DNA from: an uncultured Actinomycetota bacterium
GTDB lineage: Bacteria > Actinomycetota > Actinomycetes > Actinomycetales > Microbacteriaceae
Length of the DNA stretch: 64,000 bases
NCBI GenBank assembly: GCA_963799015.1
Contig: CAWCWD010000062.1
Span: 51-64,050, forward strand
Reading direction: 5' to 3'
A model generated the notes under the pieces. That model was not told the origin of the DNA, searched no databases, and worked only from the letters and a program-made list of their open reading frames with translations. Position 1 is the first letter of the stretch; each line of letters opens with the position of its first letter. Below, piece after piece: positions 47,638 to 58,164 of the stretch. The position numbers and the translations under genes are program-made.

Positions 47638-48733
47638 TCAGGAGACACGCCCTAATACGGCTCGACCAGCCGCGTCGAGCGCGACGCTCGCCTCCAGCCC
47701 GAGGTAGTCGCCATACCGCGCCGCGGCATCCGAGATGGCCTCGAGCTCGTGAGCGTGCAGCGCACGATGCGGCCGGACCGAGAAGGTGACCGCGTTCGCA
47801 TTGACCGTGCGCTTCATCGCAGCGACGAGCTGGGCATCCACGAGTGCCATCCCGATCGCCGTCTCCCGCGCCCGCGGCACCACGCCCTCCGCGTCGATCA
47901 CCCAGCGCGAGTCCTGGTAGCCGCGGTACATCTCGTCGAGCACCTGCAGCAGGTGGCCGGCGGGCGACGCGGATGCCGGGGCGTCGCCGGGCGCGTGCCA
48001 GAACGTGCGTCCGTCGCGCTCGAACGACGCGAGCTTGTCGGCGGCACCCGCGATCCCGCGCCGGACGTCGGTCACCGTGAGGGTGGCCCAGTACGCGAGG
48101 TCGCGCTCGGTTGCCGGCCCGTGCGAGGTGAAGTAGCGCAGGGCGAGCTCGGCGAGGGCGTCGTCACGGTCGAGACGCCTTGGCGCGGGCACGCGATCGG
48201 CGAACAGCGCGTAGGTGTGCTCACCGGCGCGCGGGATGCCGCTGCACAGAAGTCCGAGCACCTCGAGACGTCCGAGCAGCAGCATGAGCTGTTGCCCGGT
48301 GAGCACCTCGCCCCGATCGGCCAGTGCTACTGGCGAGGTCCGTGCGGGTCCGGTCGGGTGACTCCGCGAGGATCGTCTCGACCGCGTTGGTGAGCGCGTC
48401 CATTCGGTCGGCCAGCGGCTGCAGCTGCTGCTCGAAGACGGGCAGCACCCGTGGCGCGGTGAGCTCCTGCAGCCACTGCGCATCGTCGGCGTGGATGTAG
48501 TGCCACGTCGAGCGCAGCACGTGAACGCGCAGCACGCGACCGGTGGCGAGCGCGTCGGCCACGTCGCCTTGGCGGGGCGACGTGGTGCGGGTCGCGACCG
48601 CCCAGGCCGACTGCGACGGATTCTCGGCCTGCACGGCCAACACGGACCGCACCACCTGTTCGGCGTCGCTGACTGGTGCGGCGAGCAGCTGCGAATGCAG
48701 CCGCCAACGGGCGATGTCGCGGTCGGTGATCAC
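47638..48733 (-). CDS. AlkZ/YcaQ-like (HTH_42) winged-helix DNA glycosylase (apparent frameshift near 48330)
   Basis: LAVQAEN, HVLRSTWH, RYFTSHGPATERD...WA. Confidence 0.85.
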
Positions 48734-48946
48734 ACCTGCAGCGTATGGGCGTCGCGGGCAGGCGGCCAAGCGTCCGATGCGGCGAGCGGCATCGCAGCGG
48801 CATCCGTGCCGACCGGCGGCGTCACGAGCGTGAAGCCTCCGGTGCGACCGCTAGCCTTGGCCGGAGCGAACCACGAAAGGCAGTGCGGATTGAGGACGAA
48901 TGACCCGATCAGGGACGTGGGCTTGCGCCCGTCCGAAACGGTCCCG

Positions 48947-49264
48947 ATGAACGCTGACGACCAGGCGACTCGCCGCATCGAATTGACGGTGCGCAAGCCG
49001 TGGTTCGCGCTCTATGCCGGCATCAGGCCGACGCTCATCATCGGCGGGCGAGGTCAGCCTGCCCAGTGGGGAATCGGCACGTGGCAGGTGCCGGCCGATG
49101 AGACGGTGGTCGTCGGGGTGTTCCTGTTCAACCGGGTGTGGCGATTCGGCAGTGCCGAGTTCGCGCTCGAACCGCTTGATCCACCGGCGCTCGTGTACCG
49201 CGCACCGGCGCTTCCGTTCGTGCGCGGTCGAATTCGGTCGAGCGCCTCGAGAGAGGGAGTCTAG
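48947..49264 (+). CDS. Hypothetical protein
   Basis: Protein-like composition, convergent with the next gene. Confidence 0.6.
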   Translation: MNADDQATRRIELTVRKPWFALYAGIRPTLIIGGRGQPAQWGIGTWQVPADETVVVGVFLFNRVWRFGSAEFALEPLDPPALVYRAPALPFVRGRIRSSASREGV

Positions 49265-49731
49265 ATCGACGCCGGCTCCAGGTGCGGCGCGCCGTGGCTC
49301 AGCACCTTGACGACGAGGTTGTGCCGCCGCAGGGTCCGGATGGTGCGCGCGACCTCTTCAGCCGTACTGCCGAGGGCGCGTTCGTTCGCGACGACGAGCA
49401 CGTCACCGGCCCGCAACGTCTCGAACAACTGAGCGAACCGCTGCTCCCATGTCGCCGAGCCCTCGGGCGCAGGGTGCTTGAAGTCGAGAATCGCGACGCC
49501 GAAGCGAGCCAGGTCGTTCCGCTGCTCGACGACCGACGGCATGTCGTCACGGGCGACGACGAGCCCGACCAGTCGCGAACCCTCGGGTCGCGCCTTCCAC
49601 CAATCCCGGTTGCGCTGCAGCTCCTCGAAGCACTCGGGGCATCCGATCGCGTGGTGGCGGGGGTCGTGCGCGACAGTCGCGGCCGTCGGAGCAGCCGCGG
49701 GCGTCGACCCACCCGCCGTCGCATCAGTCAT
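49261..49731 (-). CDS. Degenerate resolvase-fold protein with N-terminal HHxxxCxxC
   Basis: 'LFETLRAGDVLVVANERALG...IRTLRRHNLVVKVL' resembles the serine-recombinase catalytic domain. Confidence 0.65.
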   Translation of the reverse strand: MTDATAGGSTPAAAPTAATVAHDPRHHAIGCPECFEELQRNRDWWKARPEGSRLVGLVVARDDMPSVVEQRNDLARFGVAILDFKHPAPEGSATWEQRFAQLFETLRAGDVLVVANERALGSTAEEVARTIRTLRRHNLVVKVLSHGAPHLEPASI

Positions 49732-49847
49732 CAGTCGTCAGCTCACCCATGTCGGCTCCTCCAGCTCGCCTTCCATTCTCTCGCGGCGAACGGCGTCGCG
49801 CGCGAGCCATCCGGCGATGCACGGCGACTGGCTCGCCGCCGGTCCAG

Positions 49848-50301
49848 TCAGCGGCCCGGATGCTCCGGGTCGATCAGGTCCGCGTACTGCGTGTTCCCCG
49901 CCATGAACGCGGCGACGACCGGGCAGAGCACGGTGATGCGCACGCCGCGGTCGCGGAGGTCGTCCAGCGCGTCGGCGATGAGGTCGGTGGCGATGCCTCG
50001 GCCGCGGAACTCGGGAACCACGGTCGTCGTGATCACGACGACCCGACCATCCACCTCGTCGTATCGGATGTTCGCCACCTCGAGGTCGCCGATGGTGGCG
50101 ACGTAGACGTGCCGGTCATCCAGGCGGTGCACCTCGATCTCCGCGTCGGCATCCGCCGACGGCCGGTCCACCGCGCGAACGGCGTCGGCCGTCACCTCGC
50201 TCGACGAGCGCCGCGTTTCCCTCGTCGAGGAATCCGGTGCCGTCGGGGTACCCGGCCGAATCGGGATACTCGATCGGCGTGAAACCATCTCCGGTGCTCA
50301 T
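49848..50301 (-). CDS. GNAT (YjdJ-like) acetyltransferase (apparent frameshift in 5' part)
   Basis: TVVPEFRGRGIA...LCPVVAAF. Confidence 0.78.
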
Positions 50302-50397
50302 CGCACGCTCCTTCTCCTCCCGCTATTCCCTCTCGACTCGGCCGAGCCTGTCAAGAGCAATGACCGGTCAGGCGGCGCGTTGTGACATCCGTTGCCG

Positions 50398-50420
50398 CAT
50401 CGGCGTAGCGTGGCCCGCGA
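50398..50420 (+). repeat. 23-bp exact repeat CATCGGCGTAGCGTGGCCCGCGA containing -10 TAGCGT (second copy 58392-58414)
   Basis: Identical strings at both positions, each upstream of a gene. Confidence 0.8.
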
Positions 50421-50490
50421 CGCGACGACCGGGCATGGGGGTTACGATGACCGACTTCGGAAGCCATGCCCGACGGAACGAGGAGCCACG

Positions 50491-50914
50491 ATGACGAGGA
50501 AGCCGGTCGTCTACGAGACCACCCACCGCATCGCCTTCTCCGAGCTCGATCCGTTCCAGCACCTGAGCACCGGCAATTACGCCAGGTACTTCACCGACCA
50601 CCGCATGGAAGGGCTGGCGAAGTATGCCGGCTGGGACCTCCCCACCCTCGGCACGCTCGGGATTCATGACCTGGATCCGGCGCATGGAGATCGACTTCAT
50701 CAGGCCGGTGGGCGCGGATCAGGAGATCAGGATCACCTCGTTCGTGCGCGAGTTCCACGGCCCCGACGCGATGATCGAGTGCACGATGACGGATGCCGCG
50801 GGCACGACGGTCGCCACGTGCCTGATGATCGTGGCCCACGTCGACGCGACGACGCGTCGCGCCACCGACTGGCCCGACGAACACGCGGCGCTCTTCTTCG
50901 AGCCCGAGGACTGA
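50491..50914 (+). CDS. Acyl-CoA thioesterase (4HBT hotdog fold; apparent frameshift near 50660)
   Basis: IAFSELDPFQHLSTGNYARYF...EIDFIRP. Confidence 0.82.
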
Positions 50915-50939
50915 CCCGACCGGACCGCATGCAGCAGGG

Positions 50940-51464
50940 TCACGTTGCGAGTCGGAACTCCAACGCGAGGAGCGCGGCGCGCGCCTGCTGCGGGTCCGAG
51001 CCTTCGGCGACGGCGACGAGCGCCGCCCGCCAGGCTGCCGCGAGGACACGGCCGAGTACCGGGGAAGCCGGAGCCGTGCTCGCGGTCAGCAGTTCGGCCA
51101 GGCGGTCGTGTTCTGCTCCCCCGGGCGGGTCTCCCAGGATGCGGAGGAAGCCCTCGCGCACCGCGAAGTCGAACCCGATCACGAGCGCGGCCATCACGGC
51201 CGCGGAGCGGTCCGACGCCGGCGCGGATGCCGCGATGGCGCCCTCCATCCGATCCAGCAGGCGCTGCTCGACGTCGTCTCGCACGAAGGCGTACAGCCCG
51301 AGCTTGCTGCCGAAGTGGTGGTAGAGCGCGCCCGTCGTGACATCCGCCGCCGCTGCCAGCTCGCCGACCGTGACCTCATCGAACGACCGCGCCCCGAACT
51401 CCTTGACGGCCGCGAGCGCGAGCCTGCCCTTCGGGGAGGTCGATATCGGAATCCACTCGCGCAC
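50940..51464 (-). CDS. TetR-family regulator
   Basis: VTVGELAAAADVTTGALYHHFGSK. Confidence 0.9.
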   Translation of the reverse strand: MREWIPISTSPKGRLALAAVKEFGARSFDEVTVGELAAAADVTTGALYHHFGSKLGLYAFVRDDVEQRLLDRMEGAIAASAPASDRSAAVMAALVIGFDFAVREGFLRILGDPPGGAEHDRLAELLTASTAPASPVLGRVLAAAWRAALVAVAEGSDPQQARAALLALEFRLAT

Positions 51465-51522
51465 ACCACCATAATGGCGTTATGCTGTGGGAAAATCCAA
51501 TTACGACACGGAAGGACGTGCC

Positions 51523-51874
51523 ATGAAGCTCGAGTTCCTGTTCGTTCCGACCTCCGACCTGAGCGCCTCGCTCGGCCTCTACCGCGACGGCCTCGGCTTC
51601 ACCGAGGTGTGGCGCGAGGGCGACGCGACCGTTGCCCTCGCTCTGCCGGGCTCCGATGTGCAGCTCATGCTCGACGCCCACGACCCCGATGCTCCGATCG
51701 GGCCGCTGTTCGTCGTCGACAGCGTCGAGGCGTTCCACGCGGCCCGCCCCGAGACGCTCGCCGTGGTCGAAGCGCCCGGCGAGATCCCCGGCGGCTTCAT
51801 GGCCACCTACCAGGATCCGGGCGGGGCAACCATCTACGTCATGGACCAGGCGACGGACTCCGCCACCGCAGTAG
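51523..51874 (+). CDS. VOC/glyoxalase protein (stop probably TAG 51872-51874, masked by an indel)
   Basis: FVPTSDLSASLGLYRDGLG...YQDPGG. Confidence 0.75.
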
Positions 51875-51906
51875 ATGTGGTCGCTCCGCCCGACGAGAAT
51901 CGAAGG

Positions 51907-53113
51907 ATGGACTCCCGGCAGAGCGGCAACGGTTACGACGCAGACGTCGCGGTGATCGGCCTCGGGGCGATCGGTTCGAGCGCGGCGTGGCGGCTCGCCA
52001 CGCGCGGCCTCGATGTGCTCGGGTTCGAGCAGTTCGAGCCCGGGAACGCGTGGGGTGGTTCGACCGGCAAGACGCGCCTGTTCCGGGTCGCCTGCCTCGA
52101 GCATCCGGGCCTCGCGCCGATCGCGCGTCGCGCGCGCGACCTGTGGCGCGAGCTCGAGATCTCGAGCGGGCAGCCGCTGTTCTTCGAGACGGGCGGCATC
52201 ATGATCGGGCCGCCCGACTCGCACATCATCGAGGGCACGCTGCGCGCCGCCGAGGCCCACGATCTTCCCGTCGAGCGGCTCGACGCCGACGAGATCGCGC
52301 AGCGCTTCCCGGCGCACGCGCGCCTGAACCCGGGCGACGTCGGCGTCTGGGATCCGGAGGCCGGCATCGTCCGACCCGAAGCCGCGATCGTGGCCGCGGT
52401 CGACGCCGCCCGCGCCGCCGGAGCGCGCATCCAGTCGAACACCCGCGTCATCGCGGTCGAGCCCGACGCCGACGGCGTCACGATCCGCACCGACGACGCC
52501 GAGTACCGCGTGCGGCACGTCGCCGTGACATCCGGCCCGTGGCTCACCCGCTTCGTGCCCGACCTGCCGCTCACGCCGCACCGCGTCGTGATGACGTGGT
52601 TCCGCGCCCGTGACGGGCACAACGCGAACCTCGACGTGCTGCCGGTCTTCATCCGCAGCGTGCCCGGACGCGACACCTGGATCTGGGGCCACGGCGCGAT
52701 GCCGGGCAGCCGCGCTGCGCGATCCCGGTGGCTCCGACGACGTCAACCGGCTCGACGGCTTCGACGTCAAGGTCGGGCCCGAATTCGACGGACCCTTCAC
52801 CGCCGACGACCCCGACCACATCGACCGCGACATCCACCCGGGCGAGACCGACGAGATCCGCGACCTCGTCGCCGCGACCTTCCCCGACGTCGACCCCGAG
52901 CCATCCGGCGTGACCACCTGCATCATGACCCACACGCCCGACGGCCAGTTCGTCGTCGGCCCGACCACGCACCCCCGCGTCGTCGTCGGCGGCGGATGCT
53001 CCGGCCACTCGTTCAAGCACGCGGCCGCGCTCGGCGAGCTCGTCGCCCAGTCGGTCACCGGCGAGCAGCCGTTCACGGATGCCTCGTTCCTCGACCCGCG
53101 GCGGTTCGGCTGA
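51907..53113 (+). CDS. FAD-dependent N-methyl amino acid oxidase (SolA/monomeric sarcosine oxidase family; apparent frameshift near 52715)
   Basis: VIGLGAIGS, GGSTGKTRLFR, CIMTHTPDGQF, GCSGHSFK. Confidence 0.85.
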
Positions 53114-53215
53114 GCCCGGTCCGGCTGGCCCGTCGGGTGGCCCTGGACGAGACACCCGGCCGGAGGACGTAGGGTCGATTCACCGTCACCCTGCCTCGAG
53201 AGGAGCACGCCTGCC

Positions 53216-54493
53216 ATGAGCAGCGACACCGCCCTGGACGTCTTCGACCGTCGCGAGTCGGAGGTGCGCGGATACATCCGCTCGTTCCCGACCGTGTTCG
53301 ACCGCGCCACCGGATCGACCCTCGTCGACGCCGACGGGCGCGAGTACCTCGACTTCTTCGCCGGGGCCGGCGTGCTCAACTACGGGCACAACAACCCGGC
53401 GTTCACGCGCGCGCTCATCGAGTACCTCGAGCGCGACGGCATCATCCACGGCCTCGACATGGCCACCTCCGCGAAGAAGGCGTTCATCGAAGCGTTCGAG
53501 CAGCTCGTGCTCGCACCGCGCGGGCTCGATCACAAGCTGCAGTTCACCGGACCGACGGGCGCGAACGCCGTCGAGGCCGCACTCAAGGTCGCTCGCCAGG
53601 CGACCGGCCGCTCCACCGTCGTGGCGTTCACGAACGCCTTCCACGGCCTGAGCCTCGGCTCGCTCGCCGCGACCGGCAACAGCCACTACCGCGGCGCCGC
53701 GGGCGTCGGCCTCGACGACGTTGCGCGCCTGCCCTACGACGGCTACCTCGGTGCGGATGTCGACACGCTCGACCTGCTCGAGAAGATGCTCGACGACCCG
53801 GGGTCGGGCCTCGACCTGCCCGCGGCGGTCATCGTCGAGGCCGTGCAGGGCGAGGGTGGCATCAACGTCGCGAGCGCGCCCTGGCTGCAGCGCCTCCGCG
53901 AGATCACGGCCGCCCGCGGCATCCTGCTGATCCTCGACGAGATCCAGGCCGGCGTCGGCCGCACCGGCGCGTTCTTCGCGTTCGAGGACGCGGGCATCGT
54001 GCCCGACATCGTCACCGTCTCGAAGTCGATCTCGGGTTCGGGCCTGCCCATGTCGCTCGTGCTGCTGCGCCCCGAGGTCGACGTGTGGCAGCCGGGCCAG
54101 CACACCGGCACGTTCCGCGGCAACAACCTCGCCTTCGTCTCCGCGCGCGTCGCGCTCGAGACCTACTGGGCCGACTCCGCGTTCACCGACGCGATCGCCG
54201 AGAAGTCGGCGCTGCTGCGCGCCGAGCTCGAGCGCATCGCCGCCGGTCACCCCGACCAGGGCTTCGTCGTCCGCGGCCGCGGCCTGATGTTCGGCCTCGC
54301 GTGCGATTCCGACCGCACGCTCGCGGGCCGCATCTCGGCCGAGGCGTTCCGCCGCGGGCTCGTGATCGAGACCTCGGGCGCCTTCGACGAGGTGCTGAAG
54401 TTCCTGCCCGCGCTGACGATCTCCGAGGAGGAGCTCGGCCGGGGTCTCGGCATCGTTCGCGACAGCCTGGAGGCGGTGCTCGCGGCGGGCTGA
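53216..54493 (+). CDS. ectB: Diaminobutyrate--2-oxoglutarate transaminase
   Basis: ESEVRGYIRSFP, DFFAGAGVLNYGHN, FTGPTGANAVEAALK, DEIQAGVGRTG, SKSISG. Confidence 0.92.
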   Translation: MSSDTALDVFDRRESEVRGYIRSFPTVFDRATGSTLVDADGREYLDFFAGAGVLNYGHNNPAFTRALIEYLERDGIIHGLDMATSAKKAFIEAFEQLVLAPRGLDHKLQFTGPTGANAVEAALKVARQATGRSTVVAFTNAFHGLSLGSLAATGNSHYRGAAGVGLDDVARLPYDGYLGADVDTLDLLEKMLDDPGSGLDLPAAVIVEAVQGEGGINVASAPWLQRLREITAARGILLILDEIQAGVGRTGAFFAFEDAGIVPDIVTVSKSISGSGLPMSLVLLRPEVDVWQPGQHTGTFRGNNLAFVSARVALETYWADSAFTDAIAEKSALLRAELERIAAGHPDQGFVVRGRGLMFGLACDSDRTLAGRISAEAFRRGLVIETSGAFDEVLKFLPALTISEEELGRGLGIVRDSLEAVLAAG

Positions 54494-54535
54494 CCCACCG
54501 GGGCCGCCGCCCGCCCGGTCTGCCGCGCCCTGCGC

Positions 54536-54853
54536 TCAGAGCCCTTCGGCGATCTGCTTGATCGCGGCGAGACGGCGGTCCCACTCGGCGCCGATCGCGT
54601 CGAGCCGGTGCGCGGTCGCACTCAGCTCCGAGCCGATCACGCGGTATCGCACCTCACGTCCGACCCGCACCGGCTCGACCAGGCCGACCTCCTGCAGCAC
54701 GGCGAGGTGCTTCGCGATCGCCTGGCGGGTGACCGGGAGACGCCCGGCGAGGGCGGACGCCGAAGCGTCGCCCTCGCCGAGTGCTGCCAGGATGCTCCAC
54801 CGGGTCTCGTCGCCGAGTGCGGCGAACACGGGGACCAACGCCTGCATCGTCAT
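54536..54853 (-). CDS. ArsR/SmtB-family regulator
   Basis: FAALGDETRWSIL...VTRQAIAKHLAVL. Confidence 0.9.
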   Translation of the reverse strand: MTMQALVPVFAALGDETRWSILAALGEGDASASALAGRLPVTRQAIAKHLAVLQEVGLVEPVRVGREVRYRVIGSELSATAHRLDAIGAEWDRRLAAIKQIAEGL

Positions 54854-55331
54854 GCGCCGCCCTCGAGCAGGGCGACGAGCTTGTCGAGCTCGCCGTCCCA
54901 GCCCTGGCGGTGGCTCTCGAGGTTCGCGGCGGGTCGGAGGTGCGCTCGAACCCGGTCTCCACCACCGTGAGCTGGGTGCCGTTCGACACCGGCTCGAGGG
55001 TGAAGGTGAACACGGTCGAGTGCTCGTCGTCGACCTCGTCGGGCAGCGACCCGAGGGCGTCGTCGTTGCCCCAGCGGTACGAGACCATGCGGGGCGCGTC
55101 GAGTGCCTCGACCCGCAGCGGCACGGCGCCGTAGTCGGGGAAGGTGAGGGTGCCCCGCGCGCCGACGCCGGCGCCGTCGAAGACGGCCTTGCCGAACCAC
55201 TTCGAGATGTGCTCGGGCTCGGTCACCGCCGACCACACCTTCTCGACGGGGGCGGCGATGTGGATCGTGCGCCGCACGGTGAACTGGCCCTCGTCGATGA
55301 CGGATGCCGGGTTGCTGGTCATGTGCTCCAT
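54850..55331 (-). CDS. SRPBCC/AHSA1 domain protein (apparent frameshift near 54930)
   Basis: APVEKVWSAVTEPEHISKWF...GTQLTVVETGF...GWDGEL. Confidence 0.87.
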
Positions 55332-55359
55332 GATGGTTCCTTTCGTGGTGGTCGTGCTG

Positions 55360-56571
55360 TTATCGGGTTGCAAGGGATTCGGTGTCGGGCACGGATGCCG
55401 CGACCGGGGCCTTGAGGAAGCTGGTCGCCCATGCGACGGCGACGGCCGCCACGGCGATGACGATCCCCGTGACGACGGCGAACGGGACTCCCCCGCCGTC
55501 GATCGCGAGACCGCCGGCGAACGCGCCGAACGCGATGCCGGCGTTGACGGCCGAGGCGGGCAGCGACGACGCGAGCGGCGCGCCGGGACCGGCGAGCTTG
55601 ACGACGCGGTACTGGATCGACGGACCCGTGCCCATGCCGAAGAGCCCGATGCCGAGCACGGCGACGGCCACGAGCCACGGGTTCGATCCGAAGACGAGCA
55701 GGGCGACGAGCGATCCCGTCACGCCGATCGCGCCGATGATCAGCGAGCGCGAGGCGTTGGCGTCGGCGAAGCGTCCGCCGCCGAACGAGCCGATCGCGGT
55801 CGCGGCGCCGTACACGAGCAGGAACACCGACACGATCGGCCCCGAGACATCCGTCACCTGGTTCAGGAACGGCACGAGGTAGGTGATCGCCGCGAGCATG
55901 GCCGCGAACGTCAGGAAGCTCACCGCCAGCACCGCGAGCACCCGCGGGGCGAACGCGTGCCTGGCCTGGCCGATCGCCCGGCTGTCGCGCGGGGTCGGCA
56001 CCGAGGGGAGCACGACGATCGCGAGCACCAGGACGACGACGCCGGCCGCGACGACAGCGGCGAACGATCCGCGCCAGCCGACCGCCTGCCCGAGCAGCGT
56101 GCCCAATGGCAGCCCCAACGCGCTCGACATCGCGAAGCCCGAGATGATCACGGCCATCGCGCGCCCGGTGCGCTCGGGGGGCACGATCGAGGTCGCCGTC
56201 ACCATCGCGGCCGCGATGAACAGCCCCTGCACCGCGCCGATGACGACCCGAGCGCCGACGAAGAGCGGGTAGTCGGCGACCAGCGCCGGCAGCAGGTTGG
56301 CGCCGACGAACACCGCGGTCGCGGTGACCAGCACGTGCCGGCGATCGAACCGCGTCGTCAGGAACGTCAGCAGCGGGCCGCCGATCGCGAGGCCGAGCGC
56401 ATTGGCGGTGACCAGTGCGCCGGCCGCCGGCACCGAGACGGCGAGGTCGGCGGCGATCAGGTCGATCATGCCGACGACGAGCATCTCGGCGCAGCCCATC
56501 ACGAACGCCCCGGCGAACAGTACGGCGAGCACCCGCGCAGAACGCGTCGACGCTGCTCGAGTCGTGGTCAT
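55360..56571 (-). CDS. MFS transporter (DHA1/AraJ-like)
   Basis: FVMGCAEMLVVG...LGLPLGT...GWR; RBS GGAGGAGG. Confidence 0.9.
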   Translation of the reverse strand: MTTTRAASTRSARVLAVLFAGAFVMGCAEMLVVGMIDLIAADLAVSVPAAGALVTANALGLAIGGPLLTFLTTRFDRRHVLVTATAVFVGANLLPALVADYPLFVGARVVIGAVQGLFIAAAMVTATSIVPPERTGRAMAVIISGFAMSSALGLPLGTLLGQAVGWRGSFAAVVAAGVVVLVLAIVVLPSVPTPRDSRAIGQARHAFAPRVLAVLAVSFLTFAAMLAAITYLVPFLNQVTDVSGPIVSVFLLVYGAATAIGSFGGGRFADANASRSLIIGAIGVTGSLVALLVFGSNPWLVAVAVLGIGLFGMGTGPSIQYRVVKLAGPGAPLASSLPASAVNAGIAFGAFAGGLAIDGGGVPFAVVTGIVIAVAAVAVAWATSFLKAPVAASVPDTESLATR

Positions 56572-56590
56572 GTTCCCTCCTCCGTTTACC

Positions 56591-56642
56591 TGCAACCCCA
56601 TAGTTGCAGAGTCGGCGAAGGAAGTGCAACCTCTGAATTGCA
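56591..56642. promoter_or_regulatory. Two TGCAA-N8-TTGCA palindromes, putative ArsR operators
   Basis: TGCAACCCCATAGTTGCA (56591-56608) and TGCAACCTCTGAATTGCA (56625-56642). Confidence 0.65.
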
Positions 56643-56691
56643 GTTTGGCGAAGCGGCATCCGCTTCGATCTCGACTCGACCGGAACTTTAG

Positions 56692-56718
56692 ATTCCGTGG
56701 AATATAGTTCCGTGGAAT
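56692..56718. promoter_or_regulatory. Tandem TTCCGTGGAA palindromes, putative MarR operator
   Basis: 56692-56703 and 56707-56718, just upstream of MarR. Confidence 0.65.
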
Positions 56719-56733
56719 GCGGTTGACTCGGAC

Positions 56734-57186
56734 ATGACCGACGCGACCGCTTTCTTCGACACCCTCGTCCGGCTCGAGATCGAGCTCTGGAACGAGATCG
56801 ACGCACGACTCCACGACACAGACGGGGTGACGTTGGCGCGCTACCAGGCCCTGCAGGCCGTGCACGAGCACGACGGCCGAGCGCGCGTGCACGAGGTCGC
56901 GCAGGATCTCGGCATCACCATCGGCGCGGCGAGCAAGCTCGTCGACCGGCTCGAGCACGACGGGAGCGCGCGCCGGGAGCCGAACCCGAACGACCGCCGC
57001 TCGTCACTCATCGCGCTCACGCCCGCCGGGGTACGGCTGCACGAGGCCGCATCCACGACCTTCGCGGCCGCAGCGGAAGCCGCGATGCCCGCGGACCTGC
57101 GCGGCGACGAGCTCGAAGCGCTCACCCGACGGCTCGACGAGGTTCGTCGGCACCTGAAGCTGCGTGGTTCGGAGGCGACGGCATGA
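56734..57186 (+). CDS. MarR-family regulator
   Basis: ASKLVDRLE...NPNDRRS...LTPAG. Confidence 0.92.
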   Translation: MTDATAFFDTLVRLEIELWNEIDARLHDTDGVTLARYQALQAVHEHDGRARVHEVAQDLGITIGAASKLVDRLEHDGSARREPNPNDRRSSLIALTPAGVRLHEAASTTFAAAAEAAMPADLRGDELEALTRRLDEVRRHLKLRGSEATA

Positions 57187-58164
57187 GCGGCACGATGCGC
57201 GCGGTCGTCATCGACGGCCCGGGGGCGCCCGAGGTCCTGCAGGTCCGCGACGTCCCCATCCCCACCCCGAAGCCGGGATGGGTCCTCATTCGCGTCAAGG
57301 CGTTCGGGCTCAACCGGTCGGAGCTGCACTTCCGGCAGGGCGTCGCCTACTCGGGCAGCTTCCCGCGCATCCCCGGCATCGAGGCATCCGGAATCGTCGA
57401 GGCCGCACCCGGCGGCGAGTTCGAGCCCGGCACGCAGGTCGTCACCCTGATGGGCGGGATGGGCCGCGAGTTCGATGGCGGCTACGCGGAGTTCGTCGTG
57501 GTTCCAGCCGAACAGGTGATCGCGTTCACGAGCGACCTGCCGTGGTCGACGCTCGGTGCGGTGCCCGAGATGCTGCAGACCGCGGCCGGCTCGCTCGACG
57601 TGGGCCTCCAGGCGACCGAGGGACAGACGCTCCTCATCCGCGGCGGCACCTCGTCGATCGGCATGGCCATCGCCGTGCTCGGCAAGCTCCGCGGGATGAC
57701 CGTGCTCTCGACGACGCGGAACCCCGCGAAGGCCGAGTCACTCGAACGACTCGGGGTCGACCACGTGCTCATCGACGACGGCAGGATCGCCGGGCGCGTT
57801 CGCGAGATCGTGCCGGGCGGCGTCGACGGCGCGGTCGAACTCGTCGGCGTGAACGTCATGCGCGACACCCTTCGGGCGACCCGCAGCGGCGGCACGGTCT
57901 GCTTCACCGGAATGCTGTCCGACGAGTGGACCATCCACGAGTTCTACCCGATGGACTGGCTGCCGAACGGCGTACGGCTCACGGCGTACTCGGGCGAGGC
58001 GGCCGACCTCTCCCCCGAGACGTTGCAGGACTTCCTCGACCGCGCCGCGGCCGGCGAGGCCGTCATCCCCGTCGGCCGCACCTACCGACTCGACGAGATC
58101 GTGCAGGCGCACCGCGACCTCGAGGCCGAACGCGGTCGGCGGCAAGGGCGTCGTCGTCCTCTGA
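57183..58164 (+). CDS. MDR-family NADPH:quinone oxidoreductase (apparent frameshift near 58130)
   Basis: VKAFGLNRSE, PGIEASG, RGGTSSIG; C-terminal GKGVVVL* in the shifted frame. Confidence 0.88.

Noticed and set aside
49261-49731. Active resolvase that could explain the cassette array
   Set aside because: Catalytic motifs and the DNA-binding domain are missing.
50362-50387. Possible fourth ECF41 promoter (TGTCACA, minus strand) upstream of the GNAT gene
   Set aside because: The spacer is 15 nt and the -10 is GGTC; too weak to call.
51487-53172. Apparent glyoxalase-sarcosine oxidase fusion
   Set aside because: An out-of-frame TAG sits at the expected VOC end and the oxidase has its own ATG; with this indel rate an artefact is more likely, though not excluded.
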